The notes under the pieces: generated by a model | The model's database searches: none | The model's input: only the letters and a program-made list of their open reading frames with translations | Told to the model about the DNA's origin: nothing | Shown: one piece after another, positions 1 to 12,265 of the stretch | Position numbering within the stretch: the first letter of the stretch is position 1 | How the letters are laid out: each line of letters begins with the position of its first letter | Translations under genes and position numbers: made by a program | Origin: Stegostoma tigrinum | Taxonomy: Eukaryota | Length of the DNA: 64,000 nucleotides | NCBI RefSeq assembly: GCF_030684315.1 | Contig: NC_081378.1 | Span: forward strand, 45,922,307 to 45,986,306 | Direction: 5' to 3'

Positions 1-100
1 CTGACAAATCGGACTAGATTAACTTAGGATATCTGGTCGGAATGGGCGAGTTGGACTGAAGCATCTGTTTCCATGTTACATTGTACAATTATATGACTCT
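1..100 (+). mobile_element. CR1-type LINE 3' tail fragment
   Basis: Same 3' UTR as the copies at 10335 and 40370, ending in a tatgactct tail. Confidence 0.6.
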
Positions 101-484
101 CCATCAAGATGTTGGGGTTAGGCTTGATGGACCAGCTGGTAATTTCCTGCTCTCCAAATTCTTGGGGTTTGTGTGCCATATCTCTAAGTTTCTGGCTCCC
201 CTCCTCATTATTCCTAGTGCCTTCCTGAAACTACATCCCATTTGTTTCTAACAATTGGTAAATCTGTAACAATCTTTCGAGAAATCAAACATTTCCTAGT
301 CTTGAATTCATTCCTCAGATCACCACATCTTAACTATTCCTAAGCCTAAATATTCAAACTTTTCTTTACAATGAAACACATTCAGCACTCAGTTCTGGAA
401 CCAACTTTACAGAGATTGCTTAAAATGGGCTAACACTTGCAACTGAGGTGATCTCAAAACAACCTGAGTGTCTGTAGAATCAAT

Positions 485-700
485 GCCACTCCCTCCTCAG
501 AAGATTGTGGGTTCATGTGCCATGTCTAAGGGTCAATTATATAATACAATCTGGCACACTACTTCAGTACTTCCAGATGCTGTCTTTTTGATGAGACATT
601 CAACACTCACAATCTGCTCAGTCAGATGAGCAAAAAAGATCATGTGTCATTATTCAAAGATGTTATAGTCAATATTTAGATTTCAAACAATTACATTTAA
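485..700 (+). mobile_element. Degenerate SINE, Deu-domain-like; a similar copy lies at ~24160-24545
   Basis: gctgtctttttgatgagacatt...aaaagatcatgtgtcattattc resembles the DeuSINE core (recalled, not searched). Confidence 0.45.
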
Positions 701-719
701 CAAGTTGCTCAATAATTAC

Positions 720-1250
720 ATAGGCTTGCATAGGATGTATGGTACAGAAAGAAATCATCAAGCCCAATCAGGCCATTCCAATACTTATGCTCCATTGTAG
801 CCTTCTCCCATATTAACCTGTTGTTGTCAACCTCCATTCCTATCTACCTCATGTGCTTGTCTAGATTCCCCTCAAAAACATCTATACTATTCACTTTCAC
901 CATTCCCTGTGGTAGTGAGCTCCAAGCTCTTTGAGTTAAGCAGTTTCTTCCAAATTCCCTATTGGATTTTTTGGTCACCTCTTTATATTGAGTCAGGCTC
1001 CATTTATGCTGCTTCCCACAAGAGAAAACATTCTCTCTGCACCTGCTCTATCAAGACCTTGTATATCTTTAAAAATCTATATTACGTCATCCCTCTAATG
1101 TTTAAAGAGGAGAGAGACCTAGCCTGTCAATTCTTTTCTGATAGTTATACCCATGCATTTCTAGCATCTTCAGAAACTCCTCTAACGTCTCCATACTCAC
1201 TTTTACAATATGCTAATCAGAACTGCATGCAATACCCAGCGTGCTATGCC
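720..1250 (-). mobile_element. Old CR1-type LINE 3' fragment
   Basis: Decayed similarity to the 3' part of the 5742-7930 element. Confidence 0.6.
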
Positions 1251-1458
1251 CCTTGTCTCATTGCTGTTTGGGGGAGTTTGCTTTGTGCAGATGGATTGCA
1301 GCATTTGATGCATTACAACAGCAACTGCATTAAAATAGAATTTATTGGCTGTGAAATGGCTCGAGACGTCCTCAGAGCTTGAAACGTGCCGTATAGAGTG
1401 TTTTCCTCTTTACTTAAAATCCTTTAATCAGAAGTGGATCTGATTTGATTTCACTGAC

Positions 1459-1653
1459 CTTTCTTGTTCCAGTCCTCCGCAGATACAGCAAGCGCTGTGC
1501 TTGATCCAGCCCCGCTATTCGCCGAAGACTCTATCTTCGTTTTTAGTGCCTGCTCCTTTGCGACCAGCATCTGCTGTCTCTCCATAAGTTCTTGAATCTG
1601 CATCTCCAAGGCTTGAATCTCACTGGAAACTGATGCCAACTGCTCCTCCAGAT
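1459..1653 (-). CDS. RECQL: RecQ-like helicase 1, N-terminal coiled-coil coding exon; the rest of the gene lies left of the window
   Basis: 195-bp phase1-phase1 exon with tgcatAG acceptor and GTcagt donor. Reads xLEEQLASVSSEIQALEMQIQELMERQQMLVAKEQALKTKIE...EDWNKK, resembling the vertebrate RECQL N-terminus. Head-to-head position with GOLT1B matches known synteny. Confidence 0.85.
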
Positions 1654-3711
1654 CTATGCAAAATGCAATTTTTAATCAAAACGCTGATGTTATTTGGCCA
1701 AAATCATTGAAACCAAATGCAAGTATCACAACTATTTACATAAATTTGAAAAGAGATATAATTAAATAAGATTTAAGTGGATATTATTGATGCAGTTTTA
1801 AAATTTGGAGATATAATTTTACAGTGACATACACAACTTTAAAATGACACAGAAAACAGCCTCAGGTCAATCTGAGGTCGAGCTAAACACCTAAGTAACA
1901 AGCCTGCAAATCTTCCAGGTCTTTGCTTTAAGGAGTAATCTTAGGGACACAGACCAGTATGGAGCAGTAGTGTTGTAGTTTCCTTGAGGCGTCTCCATAC
2001 AGCCTAGAATTACAAGAGCTGATCTGCAGTGTTCCTATCCGTCCCAGAAGGTGGATAACAATACAAAAGGGCACCTAAGTAGCTGATCATGGGAGGTTAC
2101 CTCCCAAATATTGGAGAATAATCATATCAAGATCAAAAGCAAAGTGGTTTCCTTCTTTCCCTTCAAAACAAGTAAGCCAGGAACAAGTTGATTCTGGAGC
2201 CAACGCTGCAATGCTGTCAGCCAGACCTGTAGCTCCACTCTCTATTTTGCTCCTTTTAGTCAGCTTAGGGTACTGGAAGGGGACGGGCCAGAGGTAAAAC
2301 CATGCAGAGTAATATGCCTAATGCACCAAATTCAGCAATGACTTAATCTGGACAGCTGCAACAGGTTTCAAGTGCACTTAGAGTTAAGGATGGGTTTGAA
2401 GGTCATCTGCTAGGATTTGAGCTGCCAACCTGTATGTATAATCTGTAAATAGACTCCTCTCATCCCCTTCCTTTAAAATAAATTAATTCACTGTCAAATA
2501 GCTGTGTATCATTATCCAATTCCAAAATAAATAGTGATCCAGATAATCCATAAGATTAATATATCCACAAAAATTATTTTGCCAAAACACAATCCTTCCG
2601 TAATGATATTACCCACTGTGTGCGCAAATACACTTGGACATCCTTACAGCCGCTCCAGTATTTCAAAGTCAATTGAGTTACATCACTTCAAATGAGGTCG
2701 GTTCACTCACAATTTTGACTTTTTGTTTTAAGGTGGAGTCTGCCTGAAGCAGAAGAAAGTTTTAAAACTGGACTCTTACAGACTGGGATCTAGAACATCC
2801 TCTCCTCTGCTTCTACTGCTTGAAAAACTCAAAAAGTCCTCCACCTTCTGATGGCACAATCTCTATCAAAGATTCAAAGTCATAAAGCCTCATCTTATGG
2901 CTCCAGGTATTGTGATTAATGGCAGCCACACAGTGACTCATGGCACGACTGAAACCTAGCAATTTCCTGTCAGAGGCTAGGTATCCAGTGGACGATAATC
3001 CTATGCCTTCAAACCTATAATATCTTTGAATACACCTTGTTCTGACAGATTACACTCCCTTCCCTGTACTGCGTCTAAATTGGAAAGTTCAGCAACCTTA
3101 CAGTCCCAATATTGAGGCTCAACTGATGGGATTAGAGAATAGAGTACGGCCTTACTTCCAACTCTGCACCACTGCTTTGCAAAATAACAGCACTATGAGC
3201 ACAGGTTCTATGAATAAGCCCTTTAGGTTGATCAGTCTCAACTGTCTGCATGTCAACTCCTCTCCATTAAACGTAAACCTATGCTGGCATGTTCTATCGT
3301 CAAACCAACCTGGGTAGAAACATTGTGCTGGTGCTCTTCAGAAAAAATTTCAGTACTGAAGCAGCTGAATTCAGCCCTAGAATATAGGACATGAACACCA
3401 AGCATCAACACCTTGAACGGCAAAAACTTCACCAGGTTTAGTCCAATCCCAAAATTTTAGTGAAACTCTCACAAGACAGCACTCACCTGAAACTGCCTCC
3501 ATTCTTGCAAAAGTGACTCCTGAATTACTGGTACACCTTAAAAACCTATAAGAAAATATGCAACCAAGTGAATTCCTAGGGCATAAATACACAGCAATTG
3601 TAAGAAACTCAGAGTTTCCATGGATCCATATTAGAGACTTCACCTTAAGTTTCTGTAAGGTTTTCATCTCAAACATTACCTACTAAACTGGTCTTAAATG
3701 CACTGTGACTG

Positions 3712-3808
3712 AACAAAAACAGAAGTTGCTGGAAAACCTCGGCCGGTCTGCCAGCATCTGTGAAGAAAGAAAGTTAACGTTTCGGGTCTGGTGACCCTTC
3801 TTCAGAAC
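3712..3808 (-). mobile_element. Penelope-derived short repeat (family B) with an intact minimal hammerhead motif
   Basis: Minus strand reads gtt-CTGAAGA-A-gggtc(acca)gaccc-GAAAC-GTT-aac. Confidence 0.65.
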
Positions 3809-3850
3809 ATATACAGGCAGCATGTTGTTGAGCAGACGAACAAAGGTTAC

Positions 3851-3961
3851 TAACTGCAGCCTGAGAGTTGTAAGCACATAACTCCATTTTATTTACACTG
3901 CCACTTCCTTTGCCCGCCTGATTTTCGAGTCTTGCACCGGACAGTTCAGCATTCCTGGTTG
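3851..3961 (-). CDS. RECQL: Candidate RECQL start-codon exon
   Basis: Acceptor ttttttgcAG at 3962. Two ATG/donor pairs give the phase 1 needed: ATG 3879 with GTtagt at 3854, or ATG 3887 with GTaacc at 3850. No homology check was possible. Confidence 0.3.
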
Positions 3962-5741
3962 CTGCAAAAAACCTCAATTGCCCTTATCTGTTAGTAATTG
4001 CAGGCAGAGATTGAGGCAAATTAGTAGCAACTTGAATTTACACTTCATACAATGACACAATCTGTCCTGGCACATCTACAATGGTGTGGGGAAGGAGGTG
4101 GAGAGGAAGGGGTTAACTAGCAGAAATAACTGATCAAAACCAGAGACAAAAACACAACTTGGGGTTTGAAATATATTTCAATTTGGTGACTTTTAGGGTT
4201 CTGTACTTAACAAATAGGACACAAGAATTAATTCTGCAATTACAAACATTTTTGAATTGTTGTCATTATCCTCAAATGAATTTTAGCCATTGTTCATTTA
4301 TTATTCAGCCATAAAAGGCTAGTGCTTATAACAGTTAACAGCTTTGCTGCAGAATGAGTCAACTTCCCAGAGAATCCAGACAACAGGAGACTTCTTCAGG
4401 AATTTTCAGTTCATTAATTTTTACATTGGTCCAGCTTTAAGCTAAATTTAGATAGACTGTGTTCACAGCTCAAGGTACTCAATAAATTATTTCTGCTCAG
4501 GAAGTGTTAGCAGAAGAAAGGCTAAGGACTATTTAGCTTCCTATAATCACATGGTGCAATGAGGAGTTGTTTTTAAAACTAAGCATAGCAATCGAGTGAT
4601 TCATAACAAATTCAGACAAGATGCGAGGAGAATCTGAGTGGTGGAAAGTTTTAGAAATCAGTGATTCATAGTCACCTGTTCCACCAACACATACATACAA
4701 GCAGCAGAAATAGGCTGTTCAGCTGGTTGAGTATCCTCTGTCATTCAACTACGTCATATTGGATTTGACTGTACCCTTAAATTCATGGTCCGGCCTATTC
4801 CGATAACATTTCACCCTCATGCTTGACACAAATCTATCCACCTCTGCCCTAAATATATTCCTCTCTTAATTTAAAAGAAGATAGTACCTTGGTTTCACAA
4901 TTGGAATACTTGAGCCAGTAAAAGTCCAGCAGCACACAAATAAGACAGAAATTGCTGGAGAAAACCAGCAGGTCTAGCAGCATCTGTTCAGGGAGAAACA
5001 AAGTTAATGTGGAGTCCAATATGATTTCTCACAAATAATAAATGCTTGTAATTCTCCTAACAACTTCATAAGATGCATCAGTACAAGAAGTATAGGGATT
5101 TACTGCATTTTTACAGGCTCATCTTACTTTCCAATTTTTGGTCTGTTGCCTTATAGGTTACAGTGCTTCAAGTGGACACCAAGTTATCATCAACATACTG
5201 GTGGGGTCACCAGTGATCAGAAACTCAACTTAGCTAGCTACATAAATACAGTGGTTGCAGGAGCAGGTCATAGGCTAGGAATTCTGTGGCATGTAATTCA
5301 TCTCCTATCTTCCCAATGCCTGTCCACCATCTACCAGGCCTAAGTCAGGAGTATGACTGAATACTTTCCACTTGTCCAGACAAGTACAGTTCCAACAACA
5401 CTTAAGGAATTTGACATCATCCAGGTAAATGCCAATTCACCCCATTCAGAAACTTCAACATTTGCTCTTTTCTCAGTAGTAGCAGTGTGTACCTATTTAC
5501 AAGATATACTGCAGTAACTCATCAAGGCTCCATAGATCGCACCTTCCAAACTTGTGACCTCTACCACTTAGAAGGATAAAGGCTGTAGATACATGGGAAG
5601 ATCACCAGCTGCAAGTTCCCCTCCAAGCCAACAATCTCTCCCTCAATGTCAGCAAAATGGAGGAGCCTAGTCATCGACTTCAGGATGTAGAGTGGAGGAC
5701 ATGCCTCTGTCTGCATCAGTGGTGCTGAGATGGAGATAGAC

Positions 5742-7930
5742 ATAGAACATAGAACAGTACAGCACAGAACAGGCCCTTCAGCCCACAATGTTGTGCCGAC
5801 CATTGATCCTCATGGATGCACCCTCAAATTTCTGTGACCATATGCATGTCCAGCAGTCTCTTAAATGACCCCAATGACCTTGCTTCCACAACTGCTGCTG
5901 GCAACGCATTCCATGCTCTCACAACTCTCTGCGTAAAGAACCTGCCTCTGACATCCCCTCTATACTTTCCACCAACCAGCTTAAAACTATGACCCCTCGT
6001 GCTAGCCATTTCTGCCCTGGGAAATAGTCTCTGGCTATCGACTCTATCTATGCCTCTCATTATCTTGTATACCTCAATTAGGTCCCCTCTCCTCCTCCTT
6101 TTCTCCAATGAAAAGAGACCGAGCTCAGTCAACCTCTCTTCATAAGATAAGCCCTCCAGTCCAGGCAGCATCCTGGTAAACCTCCTCTGAACCCTCTCCA
6201 AAGCATCCACATCTTTCCTATAATAGGGCGCCCAGAACTGGACGCAGTATTCCAAGTGCGGTCTAACCAAAGTTTTATAGAGCTGCAACAAGATCTCACG
6301 ACTCTTAAACTCAATCCCCCTGTTAATGAAAGCCAAAACACCATATGCTTTCTTAACAACCCTGTCCACTTGGGTGGCCATTTTAAGGGATCTATGTATC
6401 TGCACACCAAGATCCCTCTGTTCCTCCACGCTGCCAAGAATCCTATCCTTAATCCTGTACTCAGCTTTCAAATTCGACCTTCCAAAATGCATCACCTCGC
6501 ATTTATCCAGGTTGAACTCCATCTGCCACCTCTCAGCCCATCTCTGCATCCTGTCAATGTCCCACTGCAGCCTACAACAGCCCTCTACACTGTCAACGAC
6601 ACCTCCGACCTTTGTGTCGTCTGCAAACTTGCTGACCCATCCTTCAATTCCCTCGTCCAAGTCATTAATAAAAATTACAAACAGTAGAGGCCCAAGGACA
6701 GAGCCCTGTGGAACCCCACTCACCACTGACTTCCAGGCAGAATATTTTCCTTCTACTACCACACGCTGTCTTCTGTTGGCCAGCCAATTCTGTATCCAAG
6801 CAGCTAAGTTCCCCTGTATCCCATTCCTCCTGACCTTCTGAATGAGCCTTCCATGGGGAACCTTATCAAATGCCTTACTGAAGTCCATATACACCACATC
6901 CACAGCTCGACCCTCATCAACCTTACTAGTCACATCCTCAAAAAACTCGATAAGGTTTGTAAGGCATGACCTACCCCTCACAAAGCCGTGTTGACTGTAT
7001 TTGATCAAGCCATGCTCTTCCAGATGGTCATAAATCTTATCCCTCAGAATCCTTTCTAACACCTTGCAGACGACAGACGTGAGACTTACCGGTCTATAAT
7101 TGCCGGGGATTTCCCTATTTCCTTTCTTGAAGAGAGGAATTACATTTGCCTCTCTCCAGTCCTCAGGTACGACTCCAGTGGAGAGCGAGGATGCAAAGAT
7201 CTTCGCAAGTGGCGAAGCAATTGCATTTCTCGCTTCCCAAAGCAGCCGAGGACAAATCTGATCCGGGCCTGGCGACTTGTCAATCTTAACGTTTGACAAA
7301 ATTTTCAGTACATCAGCTTCCTCTATCTCTATCCATTCCAGCATGCACACCTGCTCTTCAAAGGTTTCATTCACTACACAGTTCGATTCTTTCGTAAAGA
7401 CAGAAGCAAAAAACTCATTTAGGGCTTCCCCTACCTCCTCAGGCTCCACACACAAGTTCCCTATGCTATCCCTGATCGGCCCTACTCTTTCTTTGACCAT
7501 TCTCTTATTCCTCACGTAAGTGTAAAATGCCTTTGTGTTTTCCCGGATTCCTTCTGCCAAGCCTTTCTCGTGCCCCCTCCTGGCTCTCCTCAGACCATTT
7601 TTGAGCTCCTTCCTTGCCTGCATGTAATCCTCTCTAGCTGAACTTGACCCTAGCTTCCTCCACCTTATGTAAGCTACCTTCTTCCTTTTCACTAGAAGCT
7701 CCACCGCTCTCGTCATCCAAGGTTCCTTTATCTTACCCCTTCTTGCCTGTCTCAGAGGGACATATTTACTCATCACTCCCAACAACTGTTCCTTAAACCA
7801 TCTCCACATGTCTATAGTTCCCTTACCATGGAACAACTGCTCCCAGTCCATGCTTCCTAACTCGTGTCTAATCGCATCATAGTTTCCTCTTCCCCAATTA
7901 AATATCCTCCCATTCTGCCTAATCCTCTCC
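5742..7930 (-). mobile_element. Young 5'-truncated CR1 LINE
   Basis: Uninterrupted ORF2 remnant, 3' UTR ending in (TTCTATG)n-like repeats, TAGAC duplicated at 5737 and 7931. Confidence 0.92.
5824..7851 (-). CDS. CR1 ORF2 reverse transcriptase, 675 aa, lacking the endonuclease
   Basis: KSPGPD, NYRPVSLTS, QHGF, YMDFSKAFDKV, SGVPQGSVLGP, FADD and RDLGV motifs. Confidence 0.93.
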   Translation of the reverse strand: MDWEQLFHGKGTIDMWRWFKEQLLGVMSKYVPLRQARRGKIKEPWMTRAVELLVKRKKVAYIRWRKLGSSSAREDYMQARKELKNGLRRARRGHEKGLAEGIRENTKAFYTYVRNKRMVKERVGPIRDSIGNLCVEPEEVGEALNEFFASVFTKESNCVVNETFEEQVCMLEWIEIEEADVLKILSNVKIDKSPGPDQICPRLLWEARNAIASPLAKIFASSLSTGVVPEDWREANVIPLFKKGNREIPGNYRPVSLTSVVCKVLERILRDKIYDHLEEHGLIKYSQHGFVRGRSCLTNLIEFFEDVTSKVDEGRAVDVVYMDFSKAFDKVPHGRLIQKVRRNGIQGNLAAWIQNWLANRRQRVVVEGKYSAWKSVVSGVPQGSVLGPLLFVIFINDLDEGIEGWVSKFADDTKVGGVVDSVEGCCRLQWDIDRMQRWAERWQMEFNLDKCEVMHFGRSNLKAEYRIKDRILGSVEEQRDLGVQIHRSLKMATQVDRVVKKAYGVLAFINRGIEFKSREILLQLYKTLVRPHLEYCVQFWAPYYRKDVDALERVQRRFTRMLPGLEGLSYEERLTELGLFSLEKRRRRGDLIEVYKIMRGIDRVDSQRLFPRAEMASTRGHSFKLVGGKYRGDVRGRFFTQRVVRAWNALPAAVVEARSLGSFKRLLDMHMVTEI

Positions 7931-8736
7931 TAGACGAGAGCTTCCAATTCCTAGGAGTAAATATCACCAACAATCTATCCAGGAACATTCGTGTCAACAC
8001 TGCAGTCAAGAAAGCACACCAATGCATCTACTTCCTCAGAAGCTAAGGAAATTCCACATGTCTACAATGACTCCTGCCAATTTTTACAGATGAACCATAG
8101 AAAGCATCCTATTTCCACGAGAAATTACAGAGAGTTGTGAACTTAGCCCAGTCTATCACAAAAACCAGCCTTCCTTGCACTGACTCTGTCTACACTTCCC
8201 ACTACCTTAGGAAAGCAACCAATATCAAAGATCCTCTCCGCTCCCCCCGCCCCCGCCAACAGTTATACTCACTTCCACCCATTTCCATCAGGCAGAAAAG
8301 ATACAGAAGTTTGAAACCATTTACCAACAGATTTAAGAACAGCCTCTTCCCCATTGTTATCAACTTATGAATGGACCTCTCGTGTTAGAGTTGATCTTTC
8401 TATACACCTTCTCTGTAGCTGTGACAATATATTCTACATTCTGTTCTATTACCCTGATGTACTTATATAAGGTATGATCGGTCCAGTTAGCATGCAAAAC
8501 AATACTTTTCACTGTATATCCATACACGTGACAACAACAAATCAAGTCGAATCAAATCAAAAGCCATACACCACCCTGACTTGGAAACAAAATTGCAGTT
8601 CCTCCATGTCACCCAGTAAAAATGCTGGAATATCTTTTCTAAGAGCACTGTAGGTGTCCCTACAACACACGCAGCTCACAACCACCTTCTGAAGTCCAAT
8701 TAGAGATGGCCAATAAGTTATGACCTAGCCAGTGAT

Positions 8737-10040
8737 AGAACATAGAACACAAAACAGTCTAGCACAGTACAGCCAAAGGGCCCATGATGCGGTGCCAAAC
8801 GTGTACCTTAAACCTAAGGTCTGGCCCCCACCTTATATTATCATCCACATGCCTACCTAATAGACGCTTAAATGCCTCTAATGAGGCCGACTCCACTACC
8901 CTCTCTGGCAATGCATTCCACACCCCTTTCACTTCTGAGCAAAGAACCTACCCTGGACATCTCCTGTATATTTACTTCTACTCACTTTAAAACTATGTAC
9001 CCTCATAATAGCTACCTCCACCCCAGGAAAAAGTCTCTGGCTGTCCACTCCATCTATACCTCTGATCATTCTGTACACCTCTATAAAGTCACATCTCATC
9101 CTTCGTTGTTCGAAAGAGAAAAGGCCTAGCTCTCTCAACCTTTCCTCGTAAGACCTTCCCTCTGTTCCAGGCAACATGCTGGTAAATCTCCTCTGCACCT
9201 TTCCAACACTTCCACATCTTTCCTGTCATGAGGCAACCAGAACTGGACACAAGACTCCAATTGTGGCCGAACCAGGGTTTTGTACAGCTGGAGCATAACT
9301 TCACGGCTCTTGAACTCAATCCCTCTATGAATGAAAGCTAACACACCGTATGCCTTAACAACTCTATCCACCTGGGTGGCAGCCTTCAGAGAATTTTGGA
9401 CATGAACCCCAAGATTCCTCTGGTCCTCCACACTGCCGAGAATCTTTCCGTTAACCCTGTATTCTGCTTTCAAGTTTTTCCTTCCAAAATGAATCACGTC
9501 ACACTTTCCAGGGTTAAACTCCATCTACCAGTTCTCAGCCCAGCTCTGCTTCCCATCAAGGTCCCTTTGTAACAAAGAACAGCCCTCTGCACTGTCCACA
9601 ACTTGACCCACATTTGTATCGTCCACGAACTTATTAATCCACCCGTCCACTCCTACATCCAAATCATTTACAAGAATCACAAATGAAAGAGGACCCAAAA
9701 CAGATCCTTGCAGTACACCACTCATAACTGAGCACCACATTGAATATTTTCCGTCCACTACCACCCTTTGTCTTCTAAGGGTCAGCTAATTCTGAATCCA
9801 ATCTGCCACATTTCCCCCAGCCCAGGCCTCCTTACTTTCTGCATGAGCCAACCATGGGGAACCTTATCAAACGCCTTACTTAAATCCATGTAGATCACAT
9901 CCACTGCTCTACCTTCATCCACGTGTTTGCTCACCTCTTCAAGGAATTCAAAAAGGTTTGCGAGGCATGATCCACCCCTCACAAATCCATGCTGACTATC
10001 TGTGCCTATCCAAGTGATCATAATGCCTATCTCTCAGAGC
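8737..10040 (-). mobile_element. Decayed CR1 LINE 3' part
   Basis: Frameshifted RT ORF pieces at 8929-10021; CCAGTGAT duplicated at 8729 and 10041. Confidence 0.88.
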
Positions 10041-10334
10041 CCAGTGATCCTGACATCCCATGAATAAATAAAAGTCACCAATTTCTCCCTCAATCACCTT
10101 TTTAAGCATTGAGTTCAACCCTCAAGTCCCCTTAAAAGTTGCTATCCCCTTGCTCTAAGTCTATAGCTGGGTAACTGGGCCTTCCTGCTCACTCTTCCAT
10201 CATGGCTCCCAACTCTTACAAAATGAAAGACAAGGGACACTTTGACTATAGAACCAGGAGTAGTGTCTGATAACAACTACAATCGAAGCGGGGAGGTTGT
10301 GTGAACATTACCACCTCTCCATTGGCCAACAGTC

Positions 10335-10830
10335 AGTCATAGAGATGTACAGCACAGGTCCTTCGGTCCAATTCATCCATGCCAACCAAATATCCCAAAA
10401 TAATCTCATCCCATTTGTCAGTATTTGGCCCATTTCCCTCTCAACCCTTCCTATTCATGTAACTATCTAGATGCCTTTTAAATGATGTAAACGTACCAGT
10501 CTCCATTACTTCCTCTGGCACCTCATTCTGTACACACACCACCCTCTGCTTGAAAAAGTTGCCCCTTTGAGCCCTTTTACATCTTTCCCCTCTCAACTTA
10601 AAGCTATGTTCTCTATTTTTAGGCTCCCCTGCCCTAGGTAAAAGGCTTTGATTATTCATCCTATCCACGCCCTTCGTGGTTTTCTAAACTTCTATGAAGG
10701 TCGTGCCTCAGCCTCCGATAGTCTAGAAGAAATTACCCCAGCCTTTTCAGCCTCTCCGTATAGCTCAAACACTCAAACCCTTTCAAGTTTCACAACATCT
10801 TTCCTTTATTAGGGAGACCAAAAGTGGCCT
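10335..10830 (-). mobile_element. CR1 LINE 3' fragment
   Basis: ORF 10441-10668 matches the CR1 ORF2 C-terminus (HSFKL...FFKQRVV...FKRHLD). Confidence 0.8.
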
Positions 10831-10839
10831 AACTTTGCA

Positions 10840-11030
10840 ATAGAAACAGAAACTGGAGAAACTCACCAGATCTGGCAGCATCTGTGAAGAGAGAAAATGA
10901 GTTAATGTTGAGTCCATTATGACTGAAGACTGGATTGGAAATATTAACTATTTTTCTCTCCACCACCAGACCTGCTGAGATCTTCTGCACTTTCCATTTT
11001 TATTTCAGATTTCCAGGATCCACGGTAATT
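10840..11030. repeat. Palindromic Penelope-derived family B insert; further partial copies at ~4945-5020, 11385-11472 and 58545-58605
   Basis: Inverted arms of the ctggagaaactcagcaggtctggcagcatctgt motif. Confidence 0.6.
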
Positions 11031-11599
11031 GACTCAGTTGCAGTTCAGCTTGAACTACTCAAATTCATCTCAAAGATTGCCAGAATCAATATCTCACAAG
11101 CAATCCTAGAAAATAACATCCCTTAAGGAAACAAGGGAAAGAATGAAAATAAGAGATGATTTATCAAAAAGGGGAATGGTTGGTCACACCCTTCCCCCAC
11201 GATTTTAGGAACTTTCACTTTCAGAAGAAAAAAGAAGTGTCCCAAATCTATCTAAACTTTCCTCTAAGCTAAAATTTACCCAAGGAAACAAACACCCTCA
11301 GCCAAAATTTCCAGAAAGCTACCCTCAGTGACTGGCACAGTCCAGTCCATCATTAATGATTCTGAGACGATACTCCAAGGACAAGTCACCAGACCCAAAA
11401 AGTTAACTCAGATTTTCTCTTCACAGATGCTGCTGGACCTGCTGAGCTTTTCCAGCAATTTCTGATTTTGTTCCATTGTCAACGGACGGCGCCCATCACC
11501 GCACAGCGCTGCCCTTCAGAAGCTCCACTATCTAAACGTGATCAGCTGTAACTTCATTCTGATCTGAGGCTAAATGACTGATCGGGATCTATCAAAGGG

Positions 11600-11927
11600 G
11601 TAGCATGGTGGTTTGGTGGTTAGCACTGCTGCGTGACTGCACCAGGGACCTGGGTCCGATCCCACCCTCGGGTGACTGTCTGCGTTGAGATTTGCACGTT
11701 CTCCCCGCGTCATGTGGATTTCTTCCGGGTGCTCTGGCTTCCTCCCACAGTCCAAAGATGCGCAGGGTAGATGGATTGTCCATTGCTATATTGCCCGTAG
11801 TGTTCAGGGATGTGTAGATAAGGTGGGTTAAAGGGGATAGGTCTGAGTGGGATGTTCTGAGGGTCGGTAGACATTTGATGGACCGAAGGGCCTGGTTGGC
11901 CACTGTAGGGATTCCATGATTCTATGA
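11600..11927 (+). mobile_element. tRNA-derived V-SINE (HE1-like)
   Basis: A/B-box-like head, central gtgtggatttc.tccgggtgctctggcttcctcccacagtccaaagatg domain, CR1-like tail. Confidence 0.8.
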
Positions 11928-12174
11928 ATAACTTGAGGATGCAAATATCAACCTGTCACCAAGGTCCCAGCCAATCAGTATCCAGGTGTCTCGCCATTGG
12001 CCAAGAGGCAGCCAATCACGTTCAGAGCGCCTTTCCATGATGTCACGCTCAGCATAAGCCACGAGCCGTTTTTATTTAAAATTCAAGCAGCCGAATGCTT
12101 TACAAACAAAACTCCGCCACAACCGACAGCAGTGGGAACAGCGCGGAACGGGACGTTATCGCAGTTACATTACC

Positions 12175-12265
12175 CACCGGCCTAGTCTCGGTACATCCCG
12201 CTCCCAACCAGCGGTAAAAGCGATGATGGCTGCAGCAGCTCCGGCTCCTGCGACTGACTCAGCCG
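12175..12265 (-). other. RECQL: Probable RECQL non-coding exon 1
   Basis: GC-rich stretch at the left edge of the CpG island, just past a GC box, ending in donor-like GTgggt/GTaatg on the minus strand. Boundaries approximate. Confidence 0.4.

Larger units (their letters stand above)
5631..8560 (+). mobile_element. Rex1/Babar-like LINE 3' fragment (5631-5741 plus 7931-8560), interrupted by a CR1
   Basis: Remnant RT-end motifs LNVSK..E.VIDFR, ESFQFLGVNITNNLS and KKAHQCIYFLR; (AAATC)n-like tail; AAGCCA duplicated at 5625 and 8561. Confidence 0.7.
5165..10073 (+). mobile_element. Old L2/CR1-superfamily LINE 3' region split into 5165-5630, 8561-8736 and 10041-10073 by nested insertions
   Basis: The pieces rejoin into a continuous sequence matching the minus-strand copy at 35860-36650. 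Confidence 0.7.

Noticed and set aside
909-1382. 157-aa ORF
   Set aside because: It is the antisense of a decayed CR1 plus a SINE tail, with no ATG start.
11600-11680. tRNA genes here and at 42750, 60880 and 61750
   Set aside because: These are SINE heads followed by SINE bodies, with no complete cloverleaf.
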